Shown: piece by piece, positions 8,198 to 16,530 of the stretch
How the letters are laid out: every line of letters begins with the position of its first letter
Position numbering within the stretch: the first letter of the stretch is position 1
Assembly: GCA_016184305.1 (NCBI GenBank)
Contig: JACPCX010000028.1
Location: 1-19,589, forward strand
DNA length: 19,589 nucleotides
Source: Candidatus Rokuibacteriota bacterium
GTDB taxonomy: Bacteria > Methylomirabilota > Methylomirabilia > Rokubacteriales > CSP1-6
Direction: 5' to 3'
The notes under the pieces: generated by a model
What the model was told of the DNA's origin: nothing
Databases searched by the model: none
Seen by the model: only the letters and a program-made list of their open reading frames with translations
Translations under genes and position numbers: made by a program

Positions 8198-8978
8198 AGA
8201 CGGCCTCGCGCTTCTCCACGAAGGCGCGTACGGCTTCCTTGTGGTCCTCCGTCATCCCGCATCGCGTGTGGTGCCAGGCCTCGAGATCGAGCATGTCCGT
8301 GAGCGTCCCGGTCTCGGCGGCGTTGAAGTTGCGCTTCATGTAGCGGTAGGTGACGGACGGGCCCCTGGCCAGCCGCGTCGCCAGCGCCAGCGTCTGCTCC
8401 TCGAGCTGGCTGTCGGAGACCACGCGGTTGACGAGCCCGAGAGCCAGCGCCTGCTGGGCATCGAGGACATCGGCAGTGAAGTACAGCTCCCGCGCCTTGG
8501 CCGTCCCCACGAGCTGGGTCAGGAAGAAGCTGCCGCCGAAGTCGCCCGAATAGCCCACCCGCGCGAAGGCCGTGGCGAAGCGCGCGGTATCGGACGCGAC
8601 GCGCATGTCGCAGGCCAGCGCCAGGGACAGCCCGGCCCCCGCCGCCGCCCCGCGCACCATGGCGATGGTGGGCTTGGGCATCTCGTGGAGCCAGCGGGAG
8701 ACCTCCATTCGCGCCCTGAGCGCCTGCGCCTTGTCCTCGAACCCCATCTCCCCGGACTCGGCTCCCTCGGCCATGGCCTTGACGTCCCCGCCAGAGCAGA
8801 AACCGCGGCCGGCGCCGGTGAGGATGACGACACCAACCGCGGGGTCCTCGGCGAGCCGGGGCAAGACCTCGAGCATCGCATCGAGCATGCCGCGCGACAT
8901 GGCATTGAGCCGGTCGGGGCGATTGAGGGTGAGCACGGCCACACGGTCCTTGACGGTCTCGAGCAGATCCTGGCTCAT
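8184..8978 (-). CDS. Crotonase-fold enoyl-CoA hydratase/isomerase, PaaG-like (264 aa)
   Basis: LTLNRPDRLNAM, GRGFCSGGDV, KPTIAMVRGAAAGAGLSLALACD, FARVGYSGDFGG, AFVEKREAVFKGR; 14-bp convergent overlap with the Mo-subunit gene. Confidence 0.9.
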   Translation of the reverse strand: MSQDLLETVKDRVAVLTLNRPDRLNAMSRGMLDAMLEVLPRLAEDPAVGVVILTGAGRGFCSGGDVKAMAEGAESGEMGFEDKAQALRARMEVSRWLHEMPKPTIAMVRGAAAGAGLSLALACDMRVASDTARFATAFARVGYSGDFGGSFFLTQLVGTAKARELYFTADVLDAQQALALGLVNRVVSDSQLEEQTLALATRLARGPSVTYRYMKRNFNAAETGTLTDMLDLEAWHHTRCGMTEDHKEAVRAFVEKREAVFKGR

Positions 8979-9086
8979 CGCGGTCCCTCCGGGGGTGGGT
9001 CCTGGTGGAAGCAGCGCCTCAGATGCCAGGATGATCGCCGGGCCAGAGCGGCGGCGCAAGAACAAAGGGGGCAGGTGTGAACAGGA

Positions 9087-9115
9087 CCGGCAGGGCTTCG
9101 CGAAAGCCCCGTCGG
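9087..9115 (-). terminator. Hairpin, possible terminator after the small protein gene
   Basis: ccggc-a-GGGCTT-cgcga-AAGCCC-c-gtcgg immediately after the stop at 9117; the U-tract is weak. Confidence 0.4.
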
Positions 9116-9116
9116 G

Positions 9117-9443
9117 CTAGTCGCGGACGAAGGGCGCGGTCTCTTCCACGGGAACCATGACGGCCCCCACGGCGCTCATGGTCTCATCGTTGTCCGGGCG
9201 CCAGCGCCGGTGGGACTGGCGCCGGTCCAGGTCGGCCGCCAGGTCAGCCCGCCGCCGATCCCCATCCCTGCGGTCCAGCGTGACGAGGACTTCAGGCTCA
9301 TCGGCGAAGTGGCGGCTCAGGTAGTCGCGGAGCTCGGGCTTCTTGCGCGATACGACGAAGAGGAACCGGGCCATATCCTCCCCCATCTGCCAACCGCGGT
9401 TCATCGCGCCGGCGCTCCACACACTGTCGGATGGTGTCGTCAT
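9117..9443 (-). CDS. Small hypothetical protein with DRR/RxxxR repeats (108 aa; alternative starts 9404, 9386, 9374)
   Basis: Core MARFLFVVSRKKPELRDYLSRHFADEPEVLVTLDRRDGDRRR...DRRQSHRR; GC-type codon usage; SD AAGGGAG before ATG 9443; flanked by a promoter and a hairpin. Confidence 0.7.
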   Translation of the reverse strand: MTTPSDSVWSAGAMNRGWQMGEDMARFLFVVSRKKPELRDYLSRHFADEPEVLVTLDRRDGDRRRADLAADLDRRQSHRRWRPDNDETMSAVGAVMVPVEETAPFVRD

Positions 9444-9469
9444 TCCCGGCTCCCTTGCAAGGTCAGCAT

Positions 9470-9486
9470 AGCAAGTTCCCTGCCGA
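9470..9486 (-). promoter_or_regulatory. Sigma54 (-24/-12) promoter
   Basis: Minus strand TCGGCAGGGAACTTGCT has exact GG-N10-GC spacing and TTGCT. An AT-rich tract (9491-9505) and the imperfect palindrome GTCAA-N5-TTTAC (9549-9563) lie upstream. Confidence 0.7.
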
Positions 9487-9624
9487 GAACCATAATTTAA
9501 CGTTTCCGGAGGGATCACTGCGCGCCGCCGGCCCCTGTGGAGGAAACCGTAAACTTTCTTGACGCGGCACGGGCCCCGGGGGGGGTCTCCCGGCGCCCTG
9601 GCAGGGAGTGAGCCGGCGGGCCCA

Positions 9625-9707
9625 GCAGGTTGCTGAAAAACCCGCAGGCTGCTCAAAAAGGTCCAGATGCGAGGCGGCGCCCGACGGCCGCACGCGAGGC
9701 GTACTCC
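9625..9707. repeat. Partial MITE/REP-like element with doubled IS-like end
   Basis: Direct repeats GCAGGTTGCTGAAAAA (9625-9640) and GCAGGCTGCTCAAAAA (9644-9659), followed by GGTCCAGATGCGAGGCGGCGCCCG...GAGGCGTACTC. Resembles GGCTG(C/T)TGAAAAA-ended short repeats; no opposite inverted end is visible. Confidence 0.6.
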
Positions 9708-10558
9708 GCTTGGCGAGCCTGCTTGCGCATGAGCACCTGGTAGAGCCCGATGGAGCTGCCCTCGAAGGCCGCCGACGAGCATGTGAGGTACAGCCGCCAC
9801 GTCCGGTAGATGCGCTCGCCCACGAGCGCCCGGGCCTCGTCGGCCCGCGCCTCCAGGCGCTCGACCCAGTGGCGACAGGTCCGCGCGTAGTGCAGTCTCA
9901 ACCCCTCCACGTCAAGGATCTCCCACCGGGCGCGCTCCATCTCCGTGAGCGTCTCGGTGAGGCCCGCCAGGTCTCCGTTGGGAAAGACGTAGCGGTAGAG
10001 AAAGTCGGTGTGGCTGGTCCGCTTCCAGTGGAACTCATGCGTGATGCCGTGGTTGAGATAGAGCCCGCCGTCGGCGAGCATCTCGCGCAACCGGCCGAAG
10101 AAGGCCGGGTAGTTCCGGATGCCCACGTGCTCGATCACGCCCACGGCGGCGATCTTGTCGTAGCGCGCCTCCGCGGGCAGGTCGCGGAAGTCGCGGTACT
10201 CCACCAGGCATCGCCCCTCGAGCCCCTCGCGCCGGATGCGCTCGGCCGCGTAGTCGGCCTGGGCGCGCGAGAGCGTCACACCGTGGGCGCGCACGCCGTG
10301 GTGCTGGGCGGCCCAGATGCTCAGGGCCCCCCACCCGCAGCCGATGTCGAGCAGCGTCTCCCCCGGCCGCAGCCGGAGCTTCCGGCAGACAAGATCGAGC
10401 TTGTCCATCTGCGCCTGCTCGATCTTGCCATCCGGATCGCGGTAGTAGGCGCAGGTGTAGACCATGAGTGGATCGAGGAAGAGAGCGTAGAAGTCGTTGG
10501 AGACGTCGTAGTGATGGGCGATGGCCCGCGCGTCCTGCTCCTTGCTCCGCGTCCTCAT
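9653..10558 (-). CDS. Cyclopropane-fatty-acyl-phospholipid synthase-family SAM methyltransferase, catalytic domain only (301 aa)
   Basis: AIAHHYDVSNDFYALFLDPLMVYTCAYY, LLDIGCGWG, GVTLSRAQ, VGVIEHVG, LNHGI, YVFPNG, LHYARTC, RTWRLYL. Starts at ATG 10558 (ATGA overlap, SD GAGGAGG) and lacks the usual N-domain. Confidence 0.9.
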   Translation of the reverse strand: MRTRSKEQDARAIAHHYDVSNDFYALFLDPLMVYTCAYYRDPDGKIEQAQMDKLDLVCRKLRLRPGETLLDIGCGWGALSIWAAQHHGVRAHGVTLSRAQADYAAERIRREGLEGRCLVEYRDFRDLPAEARYDKIAAVGVIEHVGIRNYPAFFGRLREMLADGGLYLNHGITHEFHWKRTSHTDFLYRYVFPNGDLAGLTETLTEMERARWEILDVEGLRLHYARTCRHWVERLEARADEARALVGERIYRTWRLYLTCSSAAFEGSSIGLYQVLMRKQARQAEYASRAAVGRRLASGPF

Positions 10559-11682
10559 GGCGCCTCCTCTCGCATTCCGAAGACGGTGCCGAACACCAGC
10601 CGCCGCCGCATCATGCCCGATCCGAGGATGAGCCGTACCGCCGCGCGCGCGATCGCCTCGGGCAGCCGCGCGAGGCGCTGGCCCACCCAGCCGGGCTCGC
10701 CCGGCCCGTAGAGCCGGACGATCTCGCGCGCGTAGCCGTCGAGCCCCGCGCCGCGGCGCAGGAGGCCTGCCGCCGCCTCCGCGGCGAGGCGCCCGCTCCG
10801 GATCGCCGGGCCGATCCCCTCGCCCGAGAGGTCGCGCGCGAGCCCCGCCGCATCGCCCACCAGGCAGAACCCCTCCCCGGCGAGGCGACGCGGCGCCCGG
10901 CGGCGCACCACGTAGGCGTGCCCCCTGAAGGGCTCGAGCGGGAGATCGGCCGGCAGCCGGCCCGAGGCGCCAAGGGCGCTCACGAGAGCGTCGCGGCGCC
11001 GCAGCAGGCTCCCGTTCGACCCGCCGGTGCAGCCGATGCCGATATTGATGACGTCCTGCTTGGGGAAGAACCAGCCGTAGCCGCGAAGATCGGGCTCCAC
11101 GTACAGCTCGGGCACAGTCCCCAGCGCGGCGAGCCTCTGGTGCCACTCGGGGGTCAGCCGCGTCTCGCTCTCCTGGGCCACGACCACTTCCTCGTCCTCC
11201 GAGATCTCGCCGAGGGCGCGCGCCACGGGACAGCGATGCCCGCCGGCACCCATGAGGACCGGCGCCTCGAAGACGCCGCGCTCCGTCTCGACGCGAGCGC
11301 CGGCCGGCCCGGCAGCCACGCCGGTGACGCGGATGCCCCAGCGCACGTCCGCGCCGGCCGCGGCCGCCCGCTCGAGCAGGTAGTGGTCAAACTCGCGGCG
11401 GATGATCCCGTAGCTGGCGGGCCGCTCCCAGCGCGTCTCGTGCCGCGCCCCTTCGAAGCCCACCGCGCAGGCCGAGAAGGGCTGGATGGTGAGCGGGTAC
11501 TTCTCCGGTTCGATCTCGAGATCCGCCAGCGCCTGCGGCGTCACCCACCCCGCGCAGAGCTTCACCCGCGGGAAGACGGCGGCGTCCAGCACGAGCGGGC
11601 GCAGCCCCGCCGCCGCCAGCCGCCAGGCCGCGGTGCTCCCGCCGGGCCCGCCGCCGACGACGATCACGTCATGCGCCGGCAT
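10555..11682 (-). CDS. Geranylgeranyl-reductase-family NAD(P)/FAD-dependent oxidoreductase (375 aa; alternative GTG start 11688)
   Basis: [63 protein letters not shown]. Confidence 0.9.
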   Translation of the reverse strand: MPAHDVIVVGGGPGGSTAAWRLAAAGLRPLVLDAAVFPRVKLCAGWVTPQALADLEIEPEKYPLTIQPFSACAVGFEGARHETRWERPASYGIIRREFDHYLLERAAAAGADVRWGIRVTGVAAGPAGARVETERGVFEAPVLMGAGGHRCPVARALGEISEDEEVVVAQESETRLTPEWHQRLAALGTVPELYVEPDLRGYGWFFPKQDVINIGIGCTGGSNGSLLRRRDALVSALGASGRLPADLPLEPFRGHAYVVRRRAPRRLAGEGFCLVGDAAGLARDLSGEGIGPAIRSGRLAAEAAAGLLRRGAGLDGYAREIVRLYGPGEPGWVGQRLARLPEAIARAAVRLILGSGMMRRRLVFGTVFGMREEAP

Positions 11683-11684
11683 GG

Positions 11685-12029
11685 TCACGGCCTGCCCAGC
11701 GCGGCCAGGATCCGCAGCCGCTCGGCGAGGGACAGATCGAGCGCCTCGAGCTCGTTGGCCACGTCCATGGCGGCGAAGAGATCCCCCTCGATGTCGATGG
11801 CACTGTCCACGTAGGCCTCGGCGAAGTGCGCCGGGGAGGGCTCCCGCATGAGGCTGCGGAAGGCCTCCGGGCTGTGGATCACCACGGTGCAGCGGGGATC
11901 GCCCTGGCCCACCCGGACCTCGGTGCCATCCCAGAGGCGGAAACCCAGCGGAGCGGCGAGCCGGCCAAAGACACGCCGGAGGATGCCCGTGGCGGCTCCG
12001 GAAGTGGGGCGGGCAGCAAAGCCGACCAT
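11685..12029 (-). CDS. Stand-alone Cfa N-terminal (lipid-binding-like) domain protein (114 aa)
   Basis: FRLWDG...[12 protein letters not shown]...[20 protein letters not shown] matches the N-terminal segment of long Cfa-family proteins; its stop overlaps the next gene's GTG (GTGA). Confidence 0.8.
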   Translation of the reverse strand: MVGFAARPTSGAATGILRRVFGRLAAPLGFRLWDGTEVRVGQGDPRCTVVIHSPEAFRSLMREPSPAHFAEAYVDSAIDIEGDLFAAMDVANELEALDLSLAERLRILAALGRP

Positions 12030-12053
12030 GATGGGGGCACCCTCGCGAGTGGG

Positions 12054-12551
12054 CTAGATGAAGAGCGACACGCTGGCGTCCCCGGCGAAGTCGAGGAAGG
12101 TCGTGGCCCCCGCGCACTGGGCGGCCGGGATCAGATCGGCCTGCGTGATCCCCATGACCCCCATGGTGGTGGCGCAGGCGAAGAGCTTGACGTCCGCATC
12201 GACGCACAGGTCCAGCATCTCCTGGACCGTGGGCATCTTCGCCTTGGCCATCCACCCCTGCATCATCATGGTGGCCATGGCGGTCATCCCGGGCAGCGTG
12301 CCGAGGATGTTGGGCACCTTGAGCGCGGGAATCGCCGGCAGCGGCGGCGGCATGGCCGGGTTGCCGATGGGGCTCACCTGCAGGTGCTTGATCCGCTCCT
12401 TGTGCAGGAGGTCGAGCCCGTAGAAGGTGAAGAAGATCCCGGTTTCCCAGCCCATGCTGGCGGCCGTCGTGGCGAGGATCAGCGGCGGGTAGGCCATGTC
12501 CAGAGTGCCCTTGGAGGCCACCATCGCCAGTCGCTTCGGTCGGTCACCCAT
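12054..12551 (-). CDS. DsrE/DsrF/DrsH-like sulfur carrier, DsrE2-type (165 aa)
   Basis: [29 protein letters not shown]...[36 protein letters not shown] end; SD AGGAGG. Confidence 0.9.
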   Translation of the reverse strand: MGDRPKRLAMVASKGTLDMAYPPLILATTAASMGWETGIFFTFYGLDLLHKERIKHLQVSPIGNPAMPPPLPAIPALKVPNILGTLPGMTAMATMMMQGWMAKAKMPTVQEMLDLCVDADVKLFACATTMGVMGITQADLIPAAQCAGATTFLDFAGDASVSLFI

Positions 12552-12580
12552 GATCCGTCCTCCTGGAAGTTGCGGGAAGG

Positions 12581-12823
12581 CTACTTGGTCTTCCGGACGA
12601 GGAAGCGAAACACGTCTCCCTGCTGGTCGCGGCTCACGATCTCGTGCCCCGTCTGGCGCCCGAAGGCGTCCATGTCCGGCACCGAGCCCGGGTCCGTGGC
12701 GAGCATCTCCACCACCTCTCCCACCTGGATCGCCTTCATGGCCTTGGAGAGCTTGATGATCGGCACGGGACAGAGCAACCCCTTGCAATCCAGCGTTTGC
12801 GCGACCTTCACCGCGGTGTTCAT
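12581..12823 (-). CDS. tusA: TusA-family sulfurtransferase (80 aa)
   Basis: [11 protein letters not shown] (CPxP), [19 protein letters not shown]. Confidence 0.92.
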   Translation of the reverse strand: MNTAVKVAQTLDCKGLLCPVPIIKLSKAMKAIQVGEVVEMLATDPGSVPDMDAFGRQTGHEIVSRDQQGDVFRFLVRKTK

Positions 12824-13015
12824 CTCGCCGTCCCTTTCTGTCCCCGGCCTATCCTCCGGCGCGGACGACTCCACGGGTACCACGGCCCGACGGACTTCGC
12901 AATGGGCCCGCGGCCGTCACGCGCGCGGGCAGAGCCCCGAGGACCCCCAGTCGGGATCGCCCCAGCAGGAGGACAAGCCCACGCCGCCGTGGCCGAAGGT
13001 GCGCGCCGGGGGCTC

Positions 13016-13024
13016 TGCTATACT
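13016..13024 (+). promoter_or_regulatory. Extended -10 promoter (TGcTATACT), probable leaderless transcript
   Basis: TATACT at 13019-13024 lies 7 nt before the in-frame GTG at 13032; no SD. Confidence 0.6.
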
Positions 13025-13031
13025 TCCCCGC

Positions 13032-13595
13032 GTGTCCGACGCCTCGCTTCCTCTCGCGGGCCTCGTGGTGCTGGATCTCACGCGAGTCCTGGCCGGCCCC
13101 TACTGCACCCGGCGCCTCGCCGACCTCGGCGCGTGCGTCATCAAGATCGAGCGCCCGCGTCAGGGCGACGACATGCGCCGCGGGTGGTTGCAGGCGGACC
13201 CCCGCTTTGCCACGCCGGCGGCGCGGCGCGAGCACTGGCCGGCGCTGGACCGGATCATCGGCGACTGGATCCGGCGCTTCGCCACCGTGGAGGAGGCGCT
13301 CGCGGCACTCACCGCCGCGCGCGTGCCGTGCGCGCCCGTGCTCTCTCCGGCCGAGATCGTCGCCCACCCGCACCTCGCGGAGCGGCAGTTCTTTCCGGCC
13401 GTGCCGCATCCGGCCCGCGGACGCGTGCGCGTGACCGCCTCGCCCTTTCACCTCGATCGCAAGCCGGTAGGGCCCGCCGGCCCCGCGCCCTATCGCGTCG
13501 GCGAGCACACGCGCGTGGTGCTCCAAGGCCTGCTCGGCTACGCGCCGGCGCGGGTGCAGGCGCTCGCGGCCGGCGGCGTGATCGAGGCGCCGTGA
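13032..13595 (+). pseudogene. CaiB/BaiF (family III) CoA-transferase with a large in-frame internal deletion (187 aa)
   Basis: N-terminal [38 protein letters not shown] is joined at about 13185-13196 directly to C-terminal DPRFAT..ARR...VPCAPV...HPHL...GEHTR. The central region (NRNK motif, catalytic Asp) is missing. Confidence 0.82.
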
Positions 13596-13656
13596 CAGGC
13601 GTGCTACCCTCTCACACACCCTGCACCAGGCAGCAGCGCCAGGAGGAGCGTGGACC

Positions 13657-15288
13657 ATGGCCCGGATGACCGGCGGCGAAGCCCTCGTCAAGTCCCTCTC
13701 GCGTGAAGGCGTCCGGGTGGTGTTCGGCCTCCCGGGCGTGCAGCTCTACGGCGTCCTGGCGGCGTTGCGCGACGAGCCGGGCATCCAGCTGATCTCGACC
13801 CGCCACGAGCAGGCGACGTCCTACATGGCCGATGGCTATGCGCGGGCCGGTGGCGATTTCGGCACGGCGCTGGTGGTCCCGGGGCCCGGCCTCCTCAACG
13901 CGGCGGCCGGCCTCAGCACGGCGTACGCCGCCTCCTCCCCTGTTCTGATGATCGCTGGCCAGATCCCGAAGGCGAGCATCGGCAAGAACATCGGCCTGCT
14001 GCACGAGATCAACGATCAGCTCGCCGCCATCACCCCCGTCACCAAGTGGCGCCGGCGCGTCCTCGAGATCCCCGACATCCCCAGCGCGGTGCGCGAGGCG
14101 GTGTCCCAGCTCCGGACCGGGCGGCCGCGGCCGGTGGAGATCGAGATGGCGCCCGAGACCATGGAGGACGAGGGCGAGGTCGAGCTGTGCGAGCCCGCGC
14201 GGCCGGTCCGGGCCTGCGCGTCCGCGGCGGACGTGGACCGCGCCGCCGAGATGCTCCTGGCGGCGACGCACCCGGTGATCTACGCCGGCGGCGGCGTCCA
14301 TCTCTCGGGCGCCCACGAGGCGCTCGCGGCGGTGGCCGAGTATCTCCAGGCGGGGGTCGTCACCTCCGCCGAGGGCAAGGGCGCGCTGAGCGACCACAGC
14401 GACCTCTCGCTGGGCGCCGCCTTCTGGCGCGAGTCGCCGCTCCGGGCGCATCTGCACGCCGCCGATGTGGTCCTCGCGGTGGGCAGCCGCCTCGCGGTGG
14501 TCTCCTTCTCGCCGGGGCAGCAGATCATCCAGATCGACGCCGATGGGGAAGAGATCGGGCGGAACCACACGAAGACCTTCGGCCTCGTGGGCGACTGCCG
14601 CGCCACGCTCGAGGCGCTGCTGGAGCGTCTCCGCGCGGGGGCGCCGCCGCGCGGCTCGCGCAAGGCCGAGCGCGAGGGGCTGCGCGGAGCGATCGCGGCC
14701 CTGGCCACCCAGGAGCCGCAGGCCACGATCCTCCAGAGCCTGCGCGCGGGCACACCCGAGGACGCCATCTTCGTCGCGGGCATGACCCAGATCGGCTACT
14801 ACTCTCGCCCCTTCTGGCCCGTCTACCACCCGCGCACCTATCTCACCTCCTCCTACTCGGGCAACCTGGGCTACGCCTATCCGGTGGCGCTCGGCGCCAA
14901 GGTGGCCCGGCCGGACCGGCCCGTGGTCTCGGTGTCGGGGGACGGCGGCTTCCTGTACAACGCCCAGGAGCTGGCGACGGCCATGCGGTACAAGATCAAC
15001 GTCGTCGCCGTGGTCTTCAACGACAACGCCTATGGCAACGTGGCCCGGGATCTCGACGAGGCCTGGGGCGGGGCCTACGGGGCCGACCTGCACAACCCGG
15101 ACTTCATGAAGCTCGCCGAGGCCTTCGGCGTTCACGGGATGCGCGCCACGCGGCCCACCGACGTGGGCGGGCTCGTGCGCGAGGCGATCCAGCTGGATCG
15201 TCCCGTCCTGATCGAGGTAGCCGTGGGACGCATGCCGCGGCCGGTGTTCTTCACCCCGCGACGCATGCCCACGAAGTACCAGCGCTGA
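13657..15288 (+). CDS. ThDP-dependent enzyme, acetolactate synthase large-subunit-like (543 aa)
   Basis: VFGLPG, RHEQATSYMADGYAR, PGPGLLN, GNLGYAYPVALGAK, GDGGF...NDNAYG ThDP motif; SD GGAGGAG; TGcTACCCT upstream at 13602-13610. Confidence 0.92.
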   Translation: MARMTGGEALVKSLSREGVRVVFGLPGVQLYGVLAALRDEPGIQLISTRHEQATSYMADGYARAGGDFGTALVVPGPGLLNAAAGLSTAYAASSPVLMIAGQIPKASIGKNIGLLHEINDQLAAITPVTKWRRRVLEIPDIPSAVREAVSQLRTGRPRPVEIEMAPETMEDEGEVELCEPARPVRACASAADVDRAAEMLLAATHPVIYAGGGVHLSGAHEALAAVAEYLQAGVVTSAEGKGALSDHSDLSLGAAFWRESPLRAHLHAADVVLAVGSRLAVVSFSPGQQIIQIDADGEEIGRNHTKTFGLVGDCRATLEALLERLRAGAPPRGSRKAEREGLRGAIAALATQEPQATILQSLRAGTPEDAIFVAGMTQIGYYSRPFWPVYHPRTYLTSSYSGNLGYAYPVALGAKVARPDRPVVSVSGDGGFLYNAQELATAMRYKINVVAVVFNDNAYGNVARDLDEAWGGAYGADLHNPDFMKLAEAFGVHGMRATRPTDVGGLVREAIQLDRPVLIEVAVGRMPRPVFFTPRRMPTKYQR

Positions 15289-15299
15289 CCGCCCGGCTC

Positions 15300-16460
15300 G
15301 TGAGCCCGGCCCGCGCCCTGCCTCTTTACCGCTGGCCCTTCGTCTGCCTCTGCCTCTCGGTCTTCCTCTTCTACCTCTCCTTCAACCTGCTCCTGCCCCT
15401 GATCCCCCTCTACGCCCTCGGGCTGGGCCTGGGAGAGGCGCATGTGGGGCTCCTCCAGGGCTTCTTCGCCTTCTCGGCCATGCTCTGGCGGCCACTGGCC
15501 GGGCACTGGGCCGACGGCATCGGCCGGCGGCCGCTGGTGGTGCTGGGCCCGGTGATCTTCGCACTCTCCTCCCTCGGCTACTCGGCGGTGGCGGGCGCGG
15601 CGAGCCTCCTGGCGCTGCGCTTCTTCCACGGCATCGGCATGGGCTTCGGCCCCACGGCGGGCAGCGTCGTGGTGGCCGACGTCGCGCCGCCCGATCGCCG
15701 CGGCGAGGCCATGGCCATCTTCGGCCTCACCACGACCACGGGGCTCGCCATCGGGCCGTATGCCGGCATCGAGATCTCGGAGCGCTGGGGCATCCACGCC
15801 GCCTTCGTCACCTCGGCGGCCGTGGCCGCCTCGGCGTTGGCGCTGGCCCTCATGCTCCCCGAGACGCGCCCCGCGGGGCTCCAGCCGCCGGGACGCCTCT
15901 CGCTGCGCGGGCTCTTCAGCCGCGGCGCCCTCTACCCGTCGGCGCTCCTGCTGACGCTCTACTTCGGGTACGGCGGCATCCTCTCCTTCGTGCCGCTCGT
16001 CGCCCGGCGCGAGGGGCTCGGCAACCCGGGCCTCTTCTTCACGGTGTTCGCGCTGGCCGCCCTCGTGGGCCGCACCCAGGCCGGCCCCCTGACTGACCGC
16101 TTCGGGCGGCGGCTCGTGCTGGTGCCGGGGCTCGTCACCGTGGGTCTCGCGCTCGTCGTGCTTGCGGCGGCCGGCACGCGCTCGACGCTGGTCCTGTCGG
16201 CGATCGTCTACGGCCTGGGCTTCGGCGCCGCGCAGCCCGCGCTCATGGCCATGACCACGGACCGGGTGCCGCCGGACGAGCGCGGCCGCGCCATGGGGAC
16301 CTTCTTCACGGCCTGGGAGATGGGCATCGCCGCCGGCGCCATGCTCGCGGGCGTGCTGGTCGCCTCCCTGGGCTACACGGCCATGTGGTGGACCGCCGCG
16401 GGCGTGGCCTGGTCGGGCGCCCTCGTCGCTTCCCGCCACATCACGCGACGGCGCGGCTGA
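15300..16460 (+). CDS. MFS transporter (about 386 aa)
   Basis: About 12 hydrophobic segments; motif A GHWADGIGRR and GPLTDRFGRR; LRFFHGIG; PPDRRGEAM and PPDERGRAMG. The GTG start is approximate. Confidence 0.9.
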   Translation: MSPARALPLYRWPFVCLCLSVFLFYLSFNLLLPLIPLYALGLGLGEAHVGLLQGFFAFSAMLWRPLAGHWADGIGRRPLVVLGPVIFALSSLGYSAVAGAASLLALRFFHGIGMGFGPTAGSVVVADVAPPDRRGEAMAIFGLTTTTGLAIGPYAGIEISERWGIHAAFVTSAAVAASALALALMLPETRPAGLQPPGRLSLRGLFSRGALYPSALLLTLYFGYGGILSFVPLVARREGLGNPGLFFTVFALAALVGRTQAGPLTDRFGRRLVLVPGLVTVGLALVVLAAAGTRSTLVLSAIVYGLGFGAAQPALMAMTTDRVPPDERGRAMGTFFTAWEMGIAAGAMLAGVLVASLGYTAMWWTAAGVAWSGALVASRHITRRRG

Positions 16461-16530
16461 CAGCCGCGCTCCGTCAAGCGACCCGGGCAGAAGCCTCTCC
16501 CCGGAGCCGGCCTCCGACGCGGGGCCGGAG

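Noticed and set aside
11826..13031. N-terminal 400 aa of the 589-aa ORF 11826-13595
   Set aside because: Antisense to dsrE and tusA; real homology starts at GTG 13032.
13657..15288. Biosynthetic ilvB/ilvI assignment
   Set aside because: No ilvH/ilvN or ilvC adjacent; the family is recognisable but the substrate is not.
14046..15299. N-terminal extension of the 804-aa MFS ORF
   Set aside because: Off-frame overlap with the ThDP enzyme, Arg/Gly/Pro-rich; the MFS begins near 15300.
16507..16528. GC hairpin between the convergent MFS and PIN genes as a terminator
   Set aside because: No U-tract on either strand; such stems are common at this GC content.
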